DNA from: Chloroflexota bacterium
GTDB lineage: Bacteria; Chloroflexota; UBA11872; VXOZ01
Reading direction: 5' to 3'
Length of the DNA stretch: 64,000 nt
Assembly (NCBI GenBank): GCA_964291655.2
Contig: OZ219802.1
Coordinates: 352,001 to 416,000 of the forward strand
Shown here: positions 59,395-64,000 of the stretch, piece by piece
How positions within the stretch are numbered: position 1 is the first letter of the stretch
Layout: every line of letters begins with the position of its first letter
Notes under the pieces: model-generated
Told to the model about the DNA's origin: nothing
The model's database searches: none
The model's input: only the letters and a program-made list of their open reading frames with translations
Program-made: the position numbers and the translations under genes

Positions 59395-60237
59395 ATGAAT
59401 CGAAACGACTTGCGCCAACAGTTTGACGACCAGGGCTATGTGAAGCTCAAGGGCTTTCTCGATTCCAGTGTCGTAGCCCAAGCACGCACTGCCATGGAAG
59501 CGTTAGTAGAACAGCGAGCCCAGCAGCTTGTGGCAGCCGGCAAAATCGCCAGTCCGATGCACGCAGAGCCATTTGAAACACGCTTCTTTCGACTCTACGA
59601 AGAACACCTGGACGACGCCCCGAAGTCGTTTCGCAGAGAGTTGCACCTATCAGGGCTTTTCGAACTCTTCTTCAACCCGGCCCTGCTCGATGTCGTAGAA
59701 GTCCTCATTGGGCCGGAAGTTCGCCTCTATCCAAACTACACCGCCCGCCCCAAATTCCCCGATTGGAAAGGGACTGAAGTCCTCTGGCACCAGGACGGCG
59801 GCTACACGGAGCAAGTCGCAGAGGATGTTGAGAGCGTGGAGTTGCAGCGGATGGTGAATGTCTGGACGCCGCTGGTTCCCGCCCGCGCGGCAAACGGCTG
59901 TATGCAGTTTGTGCCGGGCACCCATAAGCTTGGCGCCGTGCCCCACGAGAGCCGCGAATACTACTTGGAAATCGCGCGTGAATCCCTGGACCCCTACGTG
60001 GAATCGGCTGTGGACGTCGAACTCGATCCCGGGGACGTTGTGCTCTTTCAGAACCTCCTCTTCCACCGGGGCCAGCCGAACCTTAGCAAAGAAATCCGTT
60101 GGAGTTTCGACTGGCGCTATCAAGATGCGCGGCAGCCTACCCTGCGTAAAGAAGAAGGCCATATCGCCCGCAGTAGCAGCAATCCAGACTGTGCGGTCAA
60201 GAGCGCAGATGAGTGGGCAAGTCTGACGTTTCGCTAG
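59395..60237 (+). CDS. Phytanoyl-CoA dioxygenase (PhyH) family Fe(II)/2OG enzyme
   Basis: WHQD, NGCM..VPGTH, PGDV..F....H, R. Confidence 0.88.
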   Translation: MNRNDLRQQFDDQGYVKLKGFLDSSVVAQARTAMEALVEQRAQQLVAAGKIASPMHAEPFETRFFRLYEEHLDDAPKSFRRELHLSGLFELFFNPALLDVVEVLIGPEVRLYPNYTARPKFPDWKGTEVLWHQDGGYTEQVAEDVESVELQRMVNVWTPLVPARAANGCMQFVPGTHKLGAVPHESREYYLEIARESLDPYVESAVDVELDPGDVVLFQNLLFHRGQPNLSKEIRWSFDWRYQDARQPTLRKEEGHIARSSSNPDCAVKSADEWASLTFR

Positions 60238-60267
60238 GGGAGTGTCTGCAAAGCCACGAAAGCCGAT

Positions 60268-60344
60268 CGTGCTGAGCCCGGCGAAGCATGAACGGCCCTT
60301 CGACTGGCTCAGAGCCTGCCTCGTTCTCGATACGAGGGCGAAGG
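60268..60344. repeat. Composite intergenic palindromic repeat
   Basis: CTGAGCCCGGCGAAG / CTTCGACTGGCTCAG stem followed by AGAGCCTGCCTCGTTCTCGATACGAGG; the second unit resembles the reverse complement of 57383-57410. Confidence 0.65.
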
Positions 60345-60414
60345 TTTCCATTGGAGGAAACGCCTTTGCACACGCCCTATAGGGAATGTTTCTTCGCATT
60401 CGCAAGGAAGGATC

Positions 60415-61185
60415 GTGATGCAACTTACGAACAGAGTGGCGATTGTCACAGGGTCCGGACGCGGAATTGGGCGGGCCACAGCTGAGCGCTTGGCGGAAGC
60501 TGGCGCGCGGGTTGTGGTGGCCGATCTCAATGATGAGAGCGCGGCGGCAGTCGCCAGTGTAATTGATGCTGCGGGCGGGACGGCTCTTGGTGTACAGATA
60601 GACGTCTCCAGCGAAGCAAGCGCCGAGAAACTTGCCCAAGCAGCCCTTGAAAGCTATGGCCGCATTGACGTACTGGTCAACAATGCCGGCATCGGTCTCT
60701 ACACGCCGCTGGTAGAGACGACTTTGGAGCAATGGAACCACGTACTCGCGGTGAACTTGACGGGAATCTTCCTCTGCAGCAAGTATTGTGTTCCCGCCAT
60801 GATGGAGAATGGCGGCGGTAGTATCGTGAACATTGCGTCCGCTCGTGCCATCGCCACCACGGCGCGCACCACGGCGTACACCGCCACCAAAGGTGCGGTT
60901 GTGGCGCTTACAAAAGCGATGGCAACTGAGTTTGGCGATGAGAAGATCCGAGTCAATTGTGTGCTGCCCGGCGCGATAGACACTGACATGATGCGGGAGA
61001 ACCTGGCGGAAGACGGCCTCACTTTTGAAGAGGGTACCGCCCAATCCATGCAGAAGACCCCGTTACGGCGTGTGGGTAAGGGGCGCGACATTGCCAATAC
61101 CGTGACGTTCCTGGCCTCGGACGACGCCTCATACATTACCGGCGCCGGCTTTGTCGTAGATGGTGGCCGCACGGTACACATTTAA
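60415..61185 (+). CDS. SDR family oxidoreductase
   Basis: TGSGRGIG, NNAG, YTATK, VDGG. Confidence 0.93.
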   Translation: MMQLTNRVAIVTGSGRGIGRATAERLAEAGARVVVADLNDESAAAVASVIDAAGGTALGVQIDVSSEASAEKLAQAALESYGRIDVLVNNAGIGLYTPLVETTLEQWNHVLAVNLTGIFLCSKYCVPAMMENGGGSIVNIASARAIATTARTTAYTATKGAVVALTKAMATEFGDEKIRVNCVLPGAIDTDMMRENLAEDGLTFEEGTAQSMQKTPLRRVGKGRDIANTVTFLASDDASYITGAGFVVDGGRTVHI

Positions 61186-61456
61186 CCCGCAGGCCCTGCA
61201 GACTCCTTGATCATTTAAGGCGTGCGCGGTTGCCGCCGCCGGAGAATTTCACGGCCTCGTGGCGTGCCGCTGCTGAGACGTACTCTCATCGGACAGCCAG
61301 GACCCAAGCATGGTAGCATGCGCCCTCGCGCTGGCGGCGCTGCCTGCCGTAGTAGTGCCTGAATGCCCAATGGTATAATGAATGAGGATCTCAGCCGACT
61401 TCTACCTCGCAAGGATGTACCGGCTAGGCGGCTGACGATGCAGGAAGAGAGAACCG

Positions 61457-61672
61457 ATGGAAACTATGATCAACTTTCCCCAGTGCCAGAAATGTCATAC
61501 GGGCGTACTGGTGCCGTTTTCCGACTTCGGCGGACAAGGGGCATCTGTGATGTTCAAAGCCTGGGTATGCACAAATCCGGACTGTTTCTTCAATTTGAAA
61601 ATTCGCAATGGGGATGTCTACGTAAACGAACGAGTCACCGATGCTGAGCGGGAGCCGCGCCCCGTTCGCTAG
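61457..61672 (+). CDS. Small zinc-ribbon-like hypothetical protein
   Basis: CQKC...WVCTNPDC; purine-rich RBS; upstream TGGTATAAT extended -10. Confidence 0.7.
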   Translation: METMINFPQCQKCHTGVLVPFSDFGGQGASVMFKAWVCTNPDCFFNLKIRNGDVYVNERVTDAEREPRPVR

Positions 61673-61758
61673 TGTTGTCCGTTGCTCTCATCGGATAGCG
61701 CACCTGGCATACGGCGCAGATACGGGCACCCTCGGCATTGCGTTCCTGGACAGTTGCT

Positions 61759-62592
61759 ATGGCAAGGATTCTCCTGCGTGAGCAGTACACGTGCTACAAC
61801 CACCCGCATCGCAAGACCACCGATCGGTGCGATCGCTGTGGCACCGTGTTTTGCAATGAGTGCTTGACAGCACGGGGCAAGCGAGAACTTTGCAATCATT
61901 GCGCTACTGAGGTCGATGCCATCCAGGCGCGCCGCCAACGTCCGCTGCGCCAGAAGCTCATGGACTTTGCGCCCAGCCGGGCCTCTGTCGTGGTTACGCT
62001 CTCGTTCCTCCTCTTGATTGTGGTAGTTGGCGCTTTCTTCGGCAGACAGCTTGCCTCCGTAACGCTGGAACCGGAAGAAGCCGCGCGAGTGGCACGCGCC
62101 TTCCGCGGTACGCTGCAGACGACAGAGGGGCTCAACCTCGTTGAGACGATCGTTGGGGGAGAGGTTGTAGCCGCCACCAGCGAACGGGAAACAGACGATC
62201 ACGTCGCGAAGCGCCTCGTCGATGGGTGGGCAGATTCGAGAGTGCCGGACTGGCGCTCTGAGACTGCAAGCCTGCCCCAGGAACTCGTCTTCGCCATCGA
62301 GCGGCAAGTCCTTGCCGGCGGTCAGGCATTCTCCAATACAGTAACGCTTCAAACCAGCGAACAGAGCCCTCCCGATACGTGGGTGCGGGAATTCCGCGTA
62401 TTTGTAAGCACTGAATCAGCAGAGGGGCCTTGGGAAGAGGTTGGCACCTTCACCCTGGCAGATAGCCCTCTCCTGCAGCGATTTACATACGAGACACGGC
62501 CCACTTGGTATATAAAGCTCGTGATCCTCAGTAACCATGGAAGTACCGATTATATCTCACTGGCGGAGGTCGGGGTCTATCTCACACAGTGA
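61759..62592 (+). CDS. B-box-like zinc finger + TM helix + discoidin/F5-8-like domain protein
   Basis: C..HP......C..C....C..C........C..C, one TM helix, W.S...PQEL, YIKLVILSNHG...SLAEV. Confidence 0.72.
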   Translation: MARILLREQYTCYNHPHRKTTDRCDRCGTVFCNECLTARGKRELCNHCATEVDAIQARRQRPLRQKLMDFAPSRASVVVTLSFLLLIVVVGAFFGRQLASVTLEPEEAARVARAFRGTLQTTEGLNLVETIVGGEVVAATSERETDDHVAKRLVDGWADSRVPDWRSETASLPQELVFAIERQVLAGGQAFSNTVTLQTSEQSPPDTWVREFRVFVSTESAEGPWEEVGTFTLADSPLLQRFTYETRPTWYIKLVILSNHGSTDYISLAEVGVYLTQ

Positions 62593-62718
62593 AGTCTTCG
62601 TACAAGCCTCATCGATCCCGCTGAGCGTACCGAGCGTACCTCGGGCATGTTGAAATCTGCGCAGACAGTAGAGAACCCCTCAGCATTCGATTGCAAAATC
62701 TAGAGAGAAAGCAACTCT

Positions 62719-63660
62719 GTGAAGCAATTCAAGCAGCTTCTTGGTGGGACATCGCTCGAAGAAAGTGTTGCAAAGAGTCGCGGTGGCGCCTTTTCGGCGC
62801 TGCGGGATCTCTTTAGACCCGGCGTACGGCTTGATGAAGACTTCTGGGAAGAACTGGAAGATACGCTCATCATGGCTGATGTCGGACCCTACCTGGCAGG
62901 GGAGCTCGTCGAGAGCGCGCGCGAGACGATTGCGCAGACTCAATTGGACTCGGCAGCGGAGGCCCACGGCCTCATCGAGGAGCTTCTCGTCGCACACCTT
63001 GGCCCCGATTCTGCACAAGTCATTTCCGGCCAACCGCTCACCGTGATATTGATGGTTGGCGTGAATGGCTCCGGCAAAACCACGATGACGGCGAAACTTG
63101 CCTATTGGTTGAAAGAGCAGGGCCACACGTGCATGTTGGCGGCGGCGGACACGTTTCGCGCCGCTGCCATCGATCAACTCCGTGTGTGGGCAGAGCGTAT
63201 AGATGTGCCTGTCATTGCGCAGCAACCGGGTTCGGACCCAGGCGCCGTCGTATTCGACGCCATCGACTCTGCCACTTCGCGCAATGTTTCCCATCTCATC
63301 GTGGATACCGCAGGCCGTCTCCACACAAAGGCCAACCTCATGGACGAACTGCGCAAGGTACAGCGCATTGCTACAAACCGCGTTGGCGCTGCCGCAGTTG
63401 AGACTTTGCTCGTCATCGACGCGATAACGGGTCAGAACGTGCTCAATCAGGCGAAGATCTTTTGTGAATCCGTCCAAGTCACTGGAGTTGTCCTTACCAA
63501 GCTAGATAGTACGGCGCGGGGCGGGAGCGTGTTCGGCATCGCTCGCGAGTTGCAGCTACCTATCAAATTGGTCGGCACAGGCGAGCAATTGAACGACATG
63601 GATGCTTTTGACAGCCAGCGCTTCGTGCGTGCCTTGCTGAGCGAGTCTGTGCCCACATAG
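62719..63660 (+). CDS. ftsY: Signal recognition particle receptor FtsY
   Basis: GVNGSGKTT, DTFRAAA, DTAGR, GQN, TKLD..ARGG, GTGE. Confidence 0.96.
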   Translation: MKQFKQLLGGTSLEESVAKSRGGAFSALRDLFRPGVRLDEDFWEELEDTLIMADVGPYLAGELVESARETIAQTQLDSAAEAHGLIEELLVAHLGPDSAQVISGQPLTVILMVGVNGSGKTTMTAKLAYWLKEQGHTCMLAAADTFRAAAIDQLRVWAERIDVPVIAQQPGSDPGAVVFDAIDSATSRNVSHLIVDTAGRLHTKANLMDELRKVQRIATNRVGAAAVETLLVIDAITGQNVLNQAKIFCESVQVTGVVLTKLDSTARGGSVFGIARELQLPIKLVGTGEQLNDMDAFDSQRFVRALLSESVPT

Positions 63661-63728
63661 ACTCATCTACGCGTTGATAGACGAGCAGTCCATTGCTGGC
63701 GGAGTTGGTGGAAAGGAACGGAACCAAC

Positions 63729-64000
63729 GTGAAAGGCGTAATCCTGGTCGGAGGAAGCGGCAGTCGCCTCGACCCACTGACTCGCGTTACGAACAAGCAT
63801 CTATTGCCAGTTTATGACAAGCCGATGGTGTTCTATCCCATTCAGGCGCTCGTGAACGCCGGCATAACCGACATAATGCTCGTCACCGGCGGCAGCAACG
63901 CCGGCGACTTCCTGCGCTTGCTTGGCAACGGCAGTGATTTCGGTCTCAAGCGCCTTCACTATACGTACCAAGACCGCCCCGCAGGCATCGCCCACGCATT
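63729..64000 (+). CDS. Sugar-phosphate nucleotidyltransferase (glucose-1-phosphate thymidylyltransferase-like), 3'-truncated by window edge
   Basis: Own translation from GTG at 63729: MKGVILVGGSGSRLDPLTRVTNKHLLPVYDKPM...YQDRPAGIAHA. Confidence 0.9.
   Translation, partial: MKGVILVGGSGSRLDPLTRVTNKHLLPVYDKPMVFYPIQALVNAGITDIMLVTGGSNAGDFLRLLGNGSDFGLKRLHYTYQDRPAGIAHA

Noticed and set aside
59650-61044. 464-aa minus-strand ORF
   Set aside because: Antisense shadow of the well-supported PhyH and SDR genes.

Overview
Gene-dense, GC-rich bacterial chromosome segment, most likely from a Chloroflexota genome (inferred from gene content and order: tandem FemABX, ArsA with HSP20-like tail, htpX-pspAB, rpmE-DUF1385-prfA-prmC). 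Most of it is housekeeping or catabolic: tatD, polyprenyl synthase, menG, hisS, lgt, trxA, dnaA, rdgB, moeA, prfA/prmC, pyrD, ftsY, several ABC transporters and oxidoreductases, and one tRNA-Arg(TCG). The best candidate for an undescribed system is an AT-shifted, tightly coupled minus-strand operon at 40249-44319. It encodes a Druantia DruA-like (DUF4338) protein, a NurA nuclease and a HerA ATPase, with no other Druantia genes present. Other notable signals: (i) an AT-shifted ABC/AAA_21 ATPase + PIN-domain pair (32163-33929); (ii) a moeA gene with a ~120-codon in-frame insertion built from stacked palindromic repeats; (iii) a nested non-autonomous element at 57425-57952, in which a 288-bp IS481-like MITE with a 5-bp TSD interrupts a REP-like palindrome inside a 528-bp MITE with a 6-bp TSD; (iv) a dnaA with no dnaN or DnaA-box cluster nearby. 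All family calls come from motif recognition by eye; no database searches were run.
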